DNA of 32,000 nucleotides from Okeania sp. (GTDB lineage: Bacteria > Cyanobacteriota > Cyanobacteriia > Cyanobacteriales > Microcoleaceae): NCBI RefSeq assembly GCF_035285525.1, contig NZ_JAYKGW010000005.1, positions 29,647 to 61,646 of the forward strand, written 5' to 3'. Made by a program: the position numbers and the translations under genes. The notes below the pieces were generated by a model. That model worked only from the letters and a program-made list of their open reading frames with translations, was not told the origin of the DNA and made no database searches. How positions within the stretch are numbered: the first letter of the stretch is position 1; every line of letters begins with the position of its first letter. This document shows, piece by piece, positions 1 through 9,644 of this stretch.

Positions 1-303
1 ATAAAATCTGAAAAAACTCAAGAACAGCAATCAGTTACTAACTCAATATATGCAACTTCAGTTATTCCAGAAAATATAAAACTTGAGCAAATATGGGAAT
101 ATAATCAACAATTAGATTCTTCCTTAATAGTAATTACACCATCTCCAAGTAATGAAACAATTTTAGATGTTTTAGGAAAAATTTCTTTAGGTGCATCGAC
201 TGATATTGTTATGGATTATTTCCAGAAAATTTATCAAAATATTAGTCAACAAGCAGTCATAACTGCATTAAAACAGGGAGAAGATGAGGGTGATAATGCA
301 TAA
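1..303 (+). CDS. 3' end of a CDS truncated by the window edge (hypothetical protein, last 100 codons)
   Basis: Frame 1 is open from base 1 to TAA at 301-303 (...GKISLGASTDIVMDYFQKIYQNISQQAVITALKQGEDEGDNA*). It is absent from the ORF track because there is no long in-frame start inside the window. No family recognised. Confidence 0.4.
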   Translation: MKSEKTQEQQSVTNSIYATSVIPENIKLEQIWEYNQQLDSSLIVITPSPSNETILDVLGKISLGASTDIVMDYFQKIYQNISQQAVITALKQGEDEGDNA

Positions 304-735
304 AGAAAACTAGGGTTATTTCGTGATAATTTTTGACTTTTTCAGCGCCGACAGACTATTTATTTGCTTCTATAAGAAACCAGGTTTCTGGGTCTAGTAA
401 AAAACTATATGCTATAGCTAAGGTTTTCGTATAAAAATATCAAAGTTTTGATAGGTAAAGGTTGTAGCATTTTCAGGTACTAATAAAGTATCAGCTTTTA
501 GGTGTCTCAAGTTAAATTCAGGAGAGCATTTTGGGCATTTCGAGGGGTAGAAAATCACTCTAAAAATTCTTCTGGCTACTTCTTCTATGATTCCTATTCC
601 TCCTGGATTGCAGGATTGCTGGATTCTGGATCCTCCTCACTACTAAAAGACTTTTTCAGCAAGCCCTAATTAGAATTACTTAGGGAAATGCTAAGATTTA
701 TATAATTTTAATTAATAAGGTAGTGATTTCTTGCA

Positions 736-1506
736 ATGTTTTTACAATGCTTTTTCGGACTTTCCTTCCTAAGTTTTCTGGTATTATCTCCTCCAGTTAA
801 TCTCCAGCAACCTACATTAAAAACTCAGGTGAAATTAAATGAGAAATTGCTTGCAGTAGAATTTCCAACCCCCCCAAGTCGAAAAAGGGCGCCAGCTAGA
901 AAGAGAGCTGGTGGGTCTCGGGGTCCATGTAGTCCTATAATCACAGAAAAATTAGGAATAGGTTTAACTGCTGTAATGCCAGAAAATAATATAGGTACAA
1001 CAGTTAGTTCTCACCCAACTGTTTATCTATATGTTCCCAAAACTAATAAACAAAACGCAGAATTTGTTCTGTATGATTTGACAAATGAAAACATAGATCC
1101 AATATATGAAACTAATATATCTTTGCCCCAATCTGCTGGAATTATCAAAGTAAATTTGCCAAAAACTGTTGAGCTACAACCTGACAATACTTATGTTTGG
1201 TATTTTGGTATAACTTGCGATCCAGACAAACCTAGCTTAGATTACTATATTCAAGGATGGTTACAACGTACTTCTTTAACTTCTGAAGTTAAAGTTAAAC
1301 TACAAAAGCTTGAAGAAAACCCATTAGAAAAAGCTAAACTATATGCTGAATTATCGGTCTGGAGTGAAACAATAACTACTTTAGAAAAATCTCGTTCAGC
1401 TTATCCTCAGGCTTGGAAAAAACTTTTTCAGTCAATAGGATTAGGAGAAATTGCAGATAGCCAAATATTTGATTTTTCAGAAGAAATACAGTCTAGTCAA
1501 AGATAA
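736..1506 (+). CDS. DUF928 domain-containing secreted protein
   Basis: 256-aa ORF with a hydrophobic N-terminal signal-like segment. It has a basic stretch followed by GGSRGPC, then a YVWYFGITCDP-type core, which I recall as typical of cyanobacterial DUF928 proteins. These are often found next to hemagglutinin-type exoprotein genes. Confidence 0.75.
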   Translation: MFLQCFFGLSFLSFLVLSPPVNLQQPTLKTQVKLNEKLLAVEFPTPPSRKRAPARKRAGGSRGPCSPIITEKLGIGLTAVMPENNIGTTVSSHPTVYLYVPKTNKQNAEFVLYDLTNENIDPIYETNISLPQSAGIIKVNLPKTVELQPDNTYVWYFGITCDPDKPSLDYYIQGWLQRTSLTSEVKVKLQKLEENPLEKAKLYAELSVWSETITTLEKSRSAYPQAWKKLFQSIGLGEIADSQIFDFSEEIQSSQR

Positions 1507-1726
1507 GAAAAAGAGTTAAATTTTCTGGAAAATTGATGTGAAAAAAACTCGATCAAGTTAGTAGATTAATTTCAATAATTAGTTAATTAAGCAATTCCTA
1601 ATCTTTTATATTACCAACATCTACTACATTAAAATATTAGAGCTTTTCTACTTTTAAAATACTATATTTAGGGTGCATAAATATGTAGGCATTCAGCCGT
1701 CAGCTATTGGTTTTGATTCTCGTTGT

Positions 1727-1826
1727 TTTTCACTCTTGATGAACCACCGGAGCCATAACCAAAATCCAGTAGGGATTTTGCATAAGGGCGTCCCTACTGT
1801 GGTTTGCCGATATCAAAACCGCTGTA
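1727..1826. repeat. Copy 1 of a ~100-bp dispersed repeat with an internal GTAGGGA...CGTCCCTAC hairpin
   Basis: TTTTCACTCTTGATGAACCAC...CATAACCAAAATC..GTAGGGA..TTGCAT.AGGGCGTCCCTACTGTGGTTT....CGCTGTA recurs at 1979-2077 with few mismatches. The three overlapping 73-85 aa ORFs here are repeat artefacts. Confidence 0.8.
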
Positions 1827-1978
1827 TTATAAGACTTCTATTGCCAACAAATTTGATAGAATTAGGAATTACACAGAAACCGGGTTTATTAACGAAGTTT
1901 TTGGTTGGAGCAACAAGATCGCGGCAATAAACCCGGTTTCTTGGTCGCTTTGCGTAACTATTGATTTTTTTACAGCGC

Positions 1979-2077
1979 TTTTCACTCTCGATGAACCACA
2001 TCACCATAACCAAAATCTTGTAGGGACGTTGCATCAGGGCGTCCCTACTGTGGTTTACTGAAATGAAAATCGCTGTA
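1979..2077. repeat. Copy 2 of the same ~100-bp repeat
   Basis: Direct alignment by eye to 1727-1826. It contains the perfect inverted repeat GTAGGGACG / CGTCCCTAC. Confidence 0.8.
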
Positions 2078-2162
2078 AAACTGTATCAGGGCTAAAGCCA
2101 TCTGAATCCAGAAACCCGGTACGAGGGTAGATTATTACTGCTCAAAACAACGATTTATCTTA

Positions 2163-2253
2163 CAGGACTTATGCAAAGGTGCTATATGTAGAGTTAAAAA
2201 ACTATTGCGCAATAGTTTTAGGCACTATATCTAGGGTCGCTGCGTAAGTCCTG
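2163..2253. repeat. Hairpin (MITE-like) element with CAGGACTTA.GCA termini
   Basis: Left end CAGGACTTATGCA pairs with right end TGCGTAAGTCCTG in 12 of 13 positions. The centre is the perfect palindrome AAAACTATTGCGCAATAGTTTT. The same termini occur at 6765-6935 and 9493-9583. Confidence 0.7.
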
Positions 2254-2305
2254 TCTTAGAAACCGGGTTTCTTTGTGTAAGTCCTATGTATAATAACTGA
2301 TAACC

Positions 2306-5300
2306 ATGAAATTAAAATCTTTATTCACACAAATTAGTTTTACATCTGGAATCTGGTTAATTGTATCAACTTTTTGGCTTCAAAAACCAGTTAATTCTCA
2401 AATAATACCAGACCAAACATTAGGTCAAGAAAACACCAAAATCAGAAATGTCGAACGATTCAAAAAACAAATAGAAGGTGGCGCGATTAGAGGCTCGAAT
2501 TTATTCCACAGTTTGCAAGAATTTAACATACAAAAAAATCAAAGTGTCTATTTCACTAACCCAATTGGAATTGAAAATATATTAACTAGAATTACAGGTA
2601 ATAATCCTAGCAATATTTTAGGAAAATTAGGAGTAGATGGAGTAGCAAATTTATTTTTAGTCAATCCCAATGGTATCTTTTTCGGACCTAATTCTACCCT
2701 AGATATTCGAGGTTCATTTATCGCCACAACAGCCGATGAAATTCAATTAGGAGAAAATGGTAGATTCAGTTCAACCAACCCTCAAAATACTAACCTATTA
2801 TCTGTAGCACCATCAGCTTTATTTTTTAATCAAATAACAAATTATAGAGGAAATATTACTAACCAATCCGCAGTAACAGGGCTAGAAATTCCCACAGGAA
2901 AAACTCTAGGTTTAGTAGGAAATAACGTCATAATTGATGGTGGAAAACTAAGCGCAGAACAAGGCAGAATCGAAATCGGTAGCGTCGATAATCAGAGTTT
3001 AATTCAACTAGAAAATACAGAAAATAATTATATTTTTGACTATTCAGAAGTAAAAAAATTTAATAATATTCAACTCAAAAATAATGCAATAGTTGATGCC
3101 AGTGGAGAAGGAAGCGGCACAATACAAATACAAGCAAAACAAATACAAATCACAGAAAAATCAACAATCCTCGCTAACACATTAGGAACTCAACCAGGAA
3201 ACAATGTCTCATTAACTGCCACCGAATCAATAGAAGTAAATGATAGCCTAGTAGATGCCAATGTTGAACCAGGTGCAACAGGCAATGGAGCAACGATCAC
3301 AATCGAAACTCCAACTTTAACACTCACAAACGGAGGACAAATCAGTACAGCAACATTTTATGCAGGAACAAGTGGAGAACTCACAGTAAACGCCAAGGAA
3401 ATAGTAATAATCGGAGCATCATCAGACGGTCAAAACCTAAGTGGTTTATTTACAGACGTTTTACCAGGAGCAAAAGGGAAAGGAGGAGATGTCACCATCA
3501 ATACTCAAAAACTGCAACTATTCAACGGAGGACAAATAGGAGCAAATGTATCAGGTGCAGGACAAGGAGGAAATCTGACAGTAAATGCTGAAGAAATAGA
3601 AGCCAGAGGTACAATACCAGGAAGCTCACCGATACCAGAACAACAACTAATACTGCAAATTTTAAACGATCAATATCCCAGTGCAATTTTAGCTATCGTC
3701 GTACCAGATGCAACAGGAAATAGTGGGAAACTAACTATCGATAGCGATCGCATTCTTTTAGAAGATGGAGCGCAAATAGGAACAGGAACATTTGGTCTAG
3801 GAAATAGTGGAGAACTGAAAATCAAAGCCACAGACATAACAATAAAAGGAACCTTTGAAGATGGACCCAGTAGTTTTTTTACTTCTGTTTTTGGAACTGG
3901 AGGTAAAGGAGGAGATCTCATAATTGAGACCCAAAGTCTGAACCTAGAAAACGGAGGACAAATCAGAGCTGGAACATCTGGAGTAGGAAACAGTGGGAAT
4001 ATAAAAATCACAGCAACAGAAATTAATTTACAAGGAAGTTCTGGTAATCGACCATTTCCTAGTAGTATTCAAGTATCTGTAGAAGATTTATTTAATCTAT
4101 TTCCTGAGTCTGTTAGTAGTGGCAATGGTGGTAACTTAAACATTGAAACTGGACGCCTCCATCTGAGCAACGGTGCCCAAATTAGAGCAGGTACATCAGG
4201 TAAAGGTAAAGGTGGAAACTTGACTATAATAGCTAAAGATATTGAGCTGGATGGTGGTGATGATCGTGGGGTTCTCTCAACGAGTATACTTGCTGGTGTC
4301 GAGGATTTAACCATATTCTCTATAGGTCAAGGTCAAGCAGATGGGGGTAATACTCTGATTCAAACAGAACGCTTAACAATTTTAGATGGAGCTAAAGTTA
4401 GTACAACTACTGAAGGCAGTGGTAGAGCTGGTAATCTTACTATTAATGCCACTGATAACGTTACCCTTTCTGGAGTTAATTCTGTTTTTGGTAACAAGAG
4501 TGCTATTACTGCTAGCAGTGAGTTAGGAGCTACGGGAGCAGGAGGAAATATCAATATTAGTACCCCGACTCTCAGTCTTAGTAATGATGCTGTCATTACT
4601 GTCAGCAGTTCTGGTAGTGAAGCAGCAGGTGCCCTTTCTATTAATGCTTCATCTATTGAACTCAATAACGGTACTCTGAGTGCAGAAACCACTGCTGGAA
4701 ACCGAGGCAACATTAGCATCCAAGGGTCAAAAATTAATCTGCAAAATCAAAGTCAAATTACCACTAATGCTACGAATACGGCGACAGGTGGAAATATTCA
4801 GATTGAGAGTAAATTTTTAATTAGTTCAGACGGTAGCAATATTAGTGCTAATGCGATAGAAGGTCAAGGTGGTAATATTTTTATTAGTGGAGAAGGAGTG
4901 TTTCTTGATAACAGTAGTCAAATTACTGCCACTTCAGATTTAGGTATTGATGGTTCAGTAGAATTAAATACCCAGGTAGATCCGACTCAAGGAATAGTAA
5001 AATTATCGACGACGGTGATAGATGTTGAGTCATTAGTGGCAAATAATTTATGTAGAGCAACAACCGAAGGAAGTTCTTTTGTGATTACAGGTAAAGGAGG
5101 TCTACCCCCAGATCCTACTCAACCATTGACAATATTGAGGGGAATTGTCGAATGGGAAACTAATACACCAGAAGACATTGGCATCTCTCATTATCAAAAA
5201 CCAGTGGTGGTTTACCGTCGGCAAGAAAATCAGCAGTTACCAGAGATTCGTCAGGCAATGGGTTGGGTGATAAATGAATCTGGTCAAGTAACTCTGACAT

Positions 5301-5368
5301 CTACTCCAAATAATGTTAATTCGGTTAGTCCACAGTTAATTCATCCTGAGTGTTATCTATTTTTTTAG
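2306..5368 (+). CDS. Filamentous hemagglutinin N-terminal (TPS) domain exoprotein, TpsA-like
   Basis: 1020-aa ORF with an N-terminal signal-like segment. The TPS-domain signature is present (...ILTRITGNNPSNILGKL...LFLVNPNGIFFGPNS...), followed by long degenerate beta-helix-type repeats (GG.I....SG.G.GG.L.I.A..I.L). The C-terminal motif FVITGKGGLPPDP is typical of cyanobacterial members. Confidence 0.88.
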   Translation: MKLKSLFTQISFTSGIWLIVSTFWLQKPVNSQIIPDQTLGQENTKIRNVERFKKQIEGGAIRGSNLFHSLQEFNIQKNQSVYFTNPIGIENILTRITGNNPSNILGKLGVDGVANLFLVNPNGIFFGPNSTLDIRGSFIATTADEIQLGENGRFSSTNPQNTNLLSVAPSALFFNQITNYRGNITNQSAVTGLEIPTGKTLGLVGNNVIIDGGKLSAEQGRIEIGSVDNQSLIQLENTENNYIFDYSEVKKFNNIQLKNNAIVDASGEGSGTIQIQAKQIQITEKSTILANTLGTQPGNNVSLTATESIEVNDSLVDANVEPGATGNGATITIETPTLTLTNGGQISTATFYAGTSGELTVNAKEIVIIGASSDGQNLSGLFTDVLPGAKGKGGDVTINTQKLQLFNGGQIGANVSGAGQGGNLTVNAEEIEARGTIPGSSPIPEQQLILQILNDQYPSAILAIVVPDATGNSGKLTIDSDRILLEDGAQIGTGTFGLGNSGELKIKATDITIKGTFEDGPSSFFTSVFGTGGKGGDLIIETQSLNLENGGQIRAGTSGVGNSGNIKITATEINLQGSSGNRPFPSSIQVSVEDLFNLFPESVSSGNGGNLNIETGRLHLSNGAQIRAGTSGKGKGGNLTIIAKDIELDGGDDRGVLSTSILAGVEDLTIFSIGQGQADGGNTLIQTERLTILDGAKVSTTTEGSGRAGNLTINATDNVTLSGVNSVFGNKSAITASSELGATGAGGNINISTPTLSLSNDAVITVSSSGSEAAGALSINASSIELNNGTLSAETTAGNRGNISIQGSKINLQNQSQITTNATNTATGGNIQIESKFLISSDGSNISANAIEGQGGNIFISGEGVFLDNSSQITATSDLGIDGSVELNTQVDPTQGIVKLSTTVIDVESLVANNLCRATTEGSSFVITGKGGLPPDPTQPLTILRGIVEWETNTPEDIGISHYQKPVVVYRRQENQQLPEIRQAMGWVINESGQVTLTSTPNNVNSVSPQLIHPECYLFF

Positions 5369-5446
5369 GAAATAGCAAATGAGGACGCAGGGAAGGGGAG
5401 ACACGGTGACACAGAGATAGATGGATATAGGTCTAGAAACTAGGTC

Positions 5447-5481
5447 TAGAAACCCGGTTTCTTAAAGAAACCGGGTTTCTT
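5447..5481. terminator. Pair of near-palindromic AGAAACCCGGTTTCT / AGAAACCGGGTTTCT hairpins between convergent genes (possible bidirectional terminator)
   Basis: 5448-5462 and 5467-5481 are reverse complements of each other and each is self-complementary. They lie between the 3' ends of the TpsA-like gene (+) and speE (-). The same motif is dispersed at about 1876, 1930, 2108, 2258 and 10573-10600, so it is also a repeat family. Confidence 0.4.
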
Positions 5482-5483
5482 TA

Positions 5484-5586
5484 TCTCCCCATCTCCCCAT
5501 CTCCCCATCCCCCCATCCCCCCATCTCCCCATCTCCCCATCCCCCCATCCCCCCATCTCTCCATCTCTCCATCTCCCCGTCTCCCA
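5484..5586. repeat. Octamer microsatellite (CTCCCCAT / CCCCCCAT / CTCTCCAT), about 12 units
   Basis: Read directly: TCTCCCCATCTCCCCATCTCCCCATCCCCCCATCCCCCCATCTCCCCAT... Confidence 0.9.
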
Positions 5587-5600
5587 AATTCGGTTCTATC

Positions 5601-6527
5601 TCAAACCTTAATATCTTGCGGTGGATTTTTCAAAGTGTATATCTGAGTTTCTGCGGCGATCGCTTGTCGTAAATTCAAAGGTATTCGTGACATACCCAAT
5701 AAAGAAATACCATCCATCAGCTTAAAACCACCTGTAGTTTTTTCTAACAATAAACTGTCTACTTTTTCTGGGTTTACTTGAAGAGAAAATTCTCGATCAG
5801 AACTAACCACAAACCCCAGTGGACAACCATAACTTGTAGCGTAAGGCGCTACCGAATGAACATAATTAAACACAGTTTGTAAAGTCTTGACTACACGGAC
5901 ATGAAGATACATTTCAGGAGGAGATATTGAACCTGCTTGTATTATAAATAAGCCGTCAGCAGACAAAATGTTGCGAATTTTTTGAAAGTATTCCTGAGTA
6001 AATAAAGGAAAAGAAAGACCTTCTTCAATAGGATCTGTCAGATCGGAAATAATTACATCCCAAGTTTCTAAAGAAGACTCTAAAAAATTCTGAGCATCAT
6101 CAATGATTAATTCTAAACGGGGATCTTCAAAAACATTTTGGTGCATTTCCGGAAAATACTTTTTGCAAGCTTCTACAACTTCCCCATCTATGTCAACCAT
6201 AACTACTTGCTCAACAGTTTTCCAGCGTAAAACCTCTCGTACTGTTGCTCCTTCTGCTCCTCCAAACACTAAGACTTTCCGTGGAGAACCATGAAAAATC
6301 ATAGGTGGATGCACTAAACATTCATGGTAAAGAAATTCATCTTCAGTGCAAGACTGCCACTTACCATCTAATATTAAAGCTTTGCCATAAACACCTTCGA
6401 CTATAAACATTTCCTGATATTTTGTTTTTTGATGAACAAGCATTTTGTCGATACCATGTTTATACACATCCCAGGGTGTAATTTGTTCAACAAAATACAA
6501 ACTTGTATTCAGATTAGCACCTGCCAT
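5601..6527 (-). CDS. speE: Spermidine synthase / polyamine aminopropyltransferase
   Basis: 308-aa ORF with the family pattern: ...LDGKWQSCTEDEFLYHECLVHPPM..., then the Gly-rich SAM-type motif VLVFGGAEGATVREVL, then VVMVDIDGEVVEACKKYFP and DVIISDLTDP. Confidence 0.85.
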   Translation of the reverse strand: MAGANLNTSLYFVEQITPWDVYKHGIDKMLVHQKTKYQEMFIVEGVYGKALILDGKWQSCTEDEFLYHECLVHPPMIFHGSPRKVLVFGGAEGATVREVLRWKTVEQVVMVDIDGEVVEACKKYFPEMHQNVFEDPRLELIIDDAQNFLESSLETWDVIISDLTDPIEEGLSFPLFTQEYFQKIRNILSADGLFIIQAGSISPPEMYLHVRVVKTLQTVFNYVHSVAPYATSYGCPLGFVVSSDREFSLQVNPEKVDSLLLEKTTGGFKLMDGISLLGMSRIPLNLRQAIAAETQIYTLKNPPQDIKV

Positions 6528-6764
6528 TGATTATTTTCTTCCTCTTAAACTATAGCAATCTTAAATTGGTTTTAACATTTTATCATAGGGTTTAGTCTCC
6601 AAATCTCAATCCACTCAGTATAGCGCTGCGCGCATGGAACAGGGAACAGGTATGGAGGAAGAATGAATAGCTTAATAATATAAGGTTTTTAGCTATTGGA
6701 CACCTCCGGCAATTTGTAAATATTAAGTGCGCACATTGCGATAATCTTGCCAAATTAATTTCTT

Positions 6765-6935
6765 CAGGACTTACCCATGATCGAGGAGTTTTAGCCATTT
6801 GGGATTGCTTTCATGAGGTCATGTTCCGCAAACATGTCGCGGACCGTTAACGTGGGTTTTGCACTCCGCATAACGCTGTCGCTTGCACTGCGAGTCGCGC
6901 CATGATAAAAATACCTTGCGCGTGCGTAAGTCCTG
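6765..6935. mobile_element. MITE-like element with perfect 10-bp terminal inverted repeats CAGGACTTAC / GTAAGTCCTG
   Basis: TIRs at 6765-6774 and 6926-6935. The interior shares CCGCAAACATGTCGCG with the repeats at 15087-15276. No coding capacity. Confidence 0.55.
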
Positions 6936-7072
6936 TTTTTATTGAAATAAGGAACAGGGAACACAGAAGGTGGGAATAGGGAGAAATAATTGATAATTTA
7001 TGGATAAGATTGGAGATTTATAGTAGAATGTTTAATTAATTTTGAAATATTCAATATGGGTCAAAAATAACC

Positions 7073-7324
7073 ATGCAAATTTTTCGTCAATATATTGCTC
7101 CATTAATCGTAGTAATCATATTTTTACTAGCTATGGTTGCAGTCAGCGCTCGTATATTTTTACCAGGAGATTTAGCAGCACCAGCTCCGACAGAGGAATT
7201 AAGTTCTCTTCCAGTTCAGTATTACAGCACAAAAATATTTAATAAAAACTATGTTAATTATTTCCCGGATCAAATTTTTATTAATATTAACTTTTTCCCT
7301 CATAATTTTTCTATACTTTCCTAA
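7073..7324 (+). CDS. Possible small membrane protein (hypothetical)
   Basis: ATG ORF with one clear TM helix (YIAPLIVVIIFLLAMVAVSARIF). The 3' part overlaps the next, better-supported ORF by 74 nt and becomes low-complexity, so the true extent is uncertain. Confidence 0.25.
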   Translation: MQIFRQYIAPLIVVIIFLLAMVAVSARIFLPGDLAAPAPTEELSSLPVQYYSTKIFNKNYVNYFPDQIFININFFPHNFSILS

Positions 7325-8000
7325 TTTCACATTTTCCAAAGTTTATGCTCAACTTATTTCCTCACCCGAAATAACAGCATTAGATCCTATTTTTGATAAT
7401 CCTAAAATTTATTCTTTTGTCCAATCAGGATTTAATTATAGTCAGGAACTTTACGGTCAACCCAAAATACCAGTAAAAAAGGTTAATTTAAACTTAAATA
7501 CAACTGCTTTAACTTCACTTGATGATCCAAATCAAGCAAAATTTACTATATATTTAAGTCGTAAACCATCTGAATATGCTTTCCACGGTCAATTAGCTCA
7601 CGAAATATTTCACCTATTAAATGCAGAATTACTTGATTGTTATGCAGAAGGTTTAGCTACTGTTTTTGCTGAGAAAATGTTAACCCGTAATAACTTAAAT
7701 TGGAATGGATGGGAACAATATTTTCAACAAGGTTACGAACCTTTTTATGGTTTAAGTTACTTGATGATGAAAGAAGTTAGTGAAACAGCAGGTGCAGCAA
7801 ATATGAGTCGTTTTCTTGACTTTGTTGTTACCAATAACTCCGATGAAAAATGGATGGATGTTGATATTGATCAATGGTTATCTTCAATGTCCGATAATGT
7901 CAAAAATGAGGTAAAGAAAGTGATTAATAAACATATTATTCAAGTCAAACAAGTAGTTGAATCAAATAATCAGAAATACACTTGCTTCAGCCCTGGTTAA
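7251..8000 (+). CDS. Hypothetical secreted protein with an HExxH (zinc-metallopeptidase-like) motif
   Basis: 249-aa ORF with a signal-peptide-like N-terminus ending ...SKVYA/QL, and the HEIFH motif in ...FHGQLAHEIFHLLNAE.... No family recognised beyond the motif. Confidence 0.6.
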   Translation: MLIISRIKFLLILTFSLIIFLYFPNFTFSKVYAQLISSPEITALDPIFDNPKIYSFVQSGFNYSQELYGQPKIPVKKVNLNLNTTALTSLDDPNQAKFTIYLSRKPSEYAFHGQLAHEIFHLLNAELLDCYAEGLATVFAEKMLTRNNLNWNGWEQYFQQGYEPFYGLSYLMMKEVSETAGAANMSRFLDFVVTNNSDEKWMDVDIDQWLSSMSDNVKNEVKKVINKHIIQVKQVVESNNQKYTCFSPG

Positions 8001-8180
8001 ATAAATTCAAAAGTAAGAAGTAAGAATTCAAAAGTAAGAAGTAAGAAGTAAATTGCTTCTTTCCACTAAATAATCACTAATTGCTGATAGCTGACAGCTA
8101 ATAGCTGCTTGCGTAGCATTCCGTAGGAAATGCTTACATATTTTTTTATTCTTTATTCCATTGCACTAAATCAAATAACT

Positions 8181-9077
8181 ATGATTTTTCGTCAAAAAAA
8201 CTGGGTTCAACTACTGCTCACTATAAAAGGTTCTGTCATACCTCAAATCTGGCCAAAAGTATTAATTACAATGATTTTTGCCTTAATAATTACTATCATT
8301 TATAAGAGTGGATTAACTTGGATACATCAGCCAACTTTAGTTAGTTTAATTCCTAGTGTCGTCTTAGGTTTATTATTAGTTTTTAGAACTAATACATCTT
8401 ATGACAGATTTTGGGAAGGACGAAAAGTTGTTGGTGGCATCATAGTTTCATGTCGCTCTTTGTCAAGGCAAATATGGGTAAATGTTCCTGAAAAAACTCC
8501 AGCAGATACAGAAGAAAAAAAAGCAGTAATTCGACTTTTAGCAGGATTTTTAATTGGTACAAAACTACACTTGAGAAATGAAAATATAGATCAAAAACTT
8601 CAGTCAATTATTAGCGAAAATCAATATCTAGAACTGACAGAAGTTAATCATATTCCTCTGAGAATAACTAAATGGATTGGTGATTATTTCCATCAGTTAT
8701 ATAACCTTAATTATATAGACAGTATTCAGCTTTCTACCTACAATCAAATTTTAGACTCAATGGTAAAAGATGAAACTGCCTGTGAAAGAATTTTAAATAC
8801 ACCTATACCACTAGCCTATGCAATTCACTTAAAACATTTATTATTTCTTTACTGTTTTGCTTTACCCTTTCAAGTAGTAGCTCAGTTATCTTGGACTACT
8901 ATTCCCGCTGTGGGAGTAATTAGTTTTGCCCTATTAGGAATTGAAGCAATAGGATTAGAAATAGAAAATCCTTTTGGTTACGATCCTAATGATTTACCAT
9001 TAGACAAGATGTGTGATAAACTATTGTTTGATATTGAAGAATTATTGATTTCTAAATCTCCCAAAGAATATTTATAG
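8181..9077 (+). CDS. Bestrophin-family (UPF0187/YneE-like) anion channel, paralog 1
   Basis: Carries the family signature FRTNTSYDRFWEGRK, four hydrophobic helices and a C-terminal IENPFGYDPNDLPLD. Start moved to ATG 8181 (MIFRQKNW...) because it aligns with the start of paralog 2. The ORF-track start at 8130 remains possible. Confidence 0.82.
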   Translation: MIFRQKNWVQLLLTIKGSVIPQIWPKVLITMIFALIITIIYKSGLTWIHQPTLVSLIPSVVLGLLLVFRTNTSYDRFWEGRKVVGGIIVSCRSLSRQIWVNVPEKTPADTEEKKAVIRLLAGFLIGTKLHLRNENIDQKLQSIISENQYLELTEVNHIPLRITKWIGDYFHQLYNLNYIDSIQLSTYNQILDSMVKDETACERILNTPIPLAYAIHLKHLLFLYCFALPFQVVAQLSWTTIPAVGVISFALLGIEAIGLEIENPFGYDPNDLPLDKMCDKLLFDIEELLISKSPKEYL

Positions 9078-9098
9078 CAGTTTTCATTAATATGAGAG

Positions 9099-9336
9099 GT
9101 AAGCATTCAGCTATTAGACGATCTTTTTCTTTAGATTTCACTTTTTGGATATTAATTTATCCTTCCAAACAGGATAAGTTAATAACTCATAGCTTTTATC
9201 TATACAAATGTTTTTAAATGAATATAAGCTTTAAAGTCGGCTTTGATAGTAAGATTAAATTTAACTAAACTAATCAAGCTTTTATCTCAAACTAAAATAA
9301 ATAGCTGGCTAAATGCTGACGATCCAGAATGCTTAC
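9099..9336. mobile_element. ~238-bp MITE with GTAAGCATTC...GAATGCTTAC termini
   Basis: Left end GTAAGCATTCAGCTATTAG, right end ...GCTGACGATCCAGAATGCTTAC. Internal blocks AAATGAATATA.GCT and AAGCTTTTATCTCAAACTAAAA.AAATAGCTG recur at 25408-25732 and 27090-27215. Confidence 0.6.
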
Positions 9337-9492
9337 AGTTTAAGAAAAATCAACTACTTCAAAAGAGAAAATAAACTTCAGTATTTCTAGCCTCTGACTT
9401 CAAGAAGAGCTATAGCAATGAGCGCTCAGGTATTTATAATGTCCAGCTCAAAGTACAGTCTAGAAAAGATGTACAAAAAATTATGTGTAAAT

Positions 9493-9583
9493 CAGGACTT
9501 GGACGGGAGCCACTATATATAGAGTATTGGTGCGTGGCGCTGCCACTAACACACCCTACCAATAGCTTTTATGCGTAAGTCCT
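9493..9583. repeat. Hairpin element of the CAGGACTT...AAGTCCT family
   Basis: CAGGACTTGGACGGGAGCCACTATATA...TATGCGTAAGTCCT. Same termini as 2163-2253 and 6765-6935. Confidence 0.6.
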
Positions 9584-9644
9584 ATAAATATTAGGTGCGA
9601 ACATTGCTATACTAATAACTAATAACTAATAACTGATAAATAAA

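Noticed and set aside
1673-2061. Three overlapping ORFs of 73-85 aa (1673..1930 +, 1804..2061 +, 1813..2034 -)
   Set aside because: They lie entirely within the two 100-bp dispersed repeats and the palindromic AGAAACCCGGTTTCT elements. They overlap each other on both strands, and their sequences are repeat translations (...HNQN.VG.LH.GVPTVV... occurs twice). Not credible genes.
3670-4719. Antisense ORFs 3670..4011, 4069..4314 and 4360..4719 inside the TpsA-like gene
   Set aside because: These are shadow ORFs produced by the repetitive Gly/Asn/Thr-rich codon pattern of the sense gene. Their products are Pro/Leu/Ser-rich low-complexity sequence. The sense frame has clear family motifs.
6103-6294. 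63-aa + strand ORF inside speE
   Set aside because: Antisense to a well-supported gene, with no motif.
6592-7242. ORFs 6592..6798 (-) and 7042..7242 (+)
   Set aside because: The first runs through the CAGGACTTAC MITE-like element and repeat sequence. The second is an alternative frame of the 7073..7324 ORF with a Ser-rich low-complexity product. Neither has a recognisable motif.
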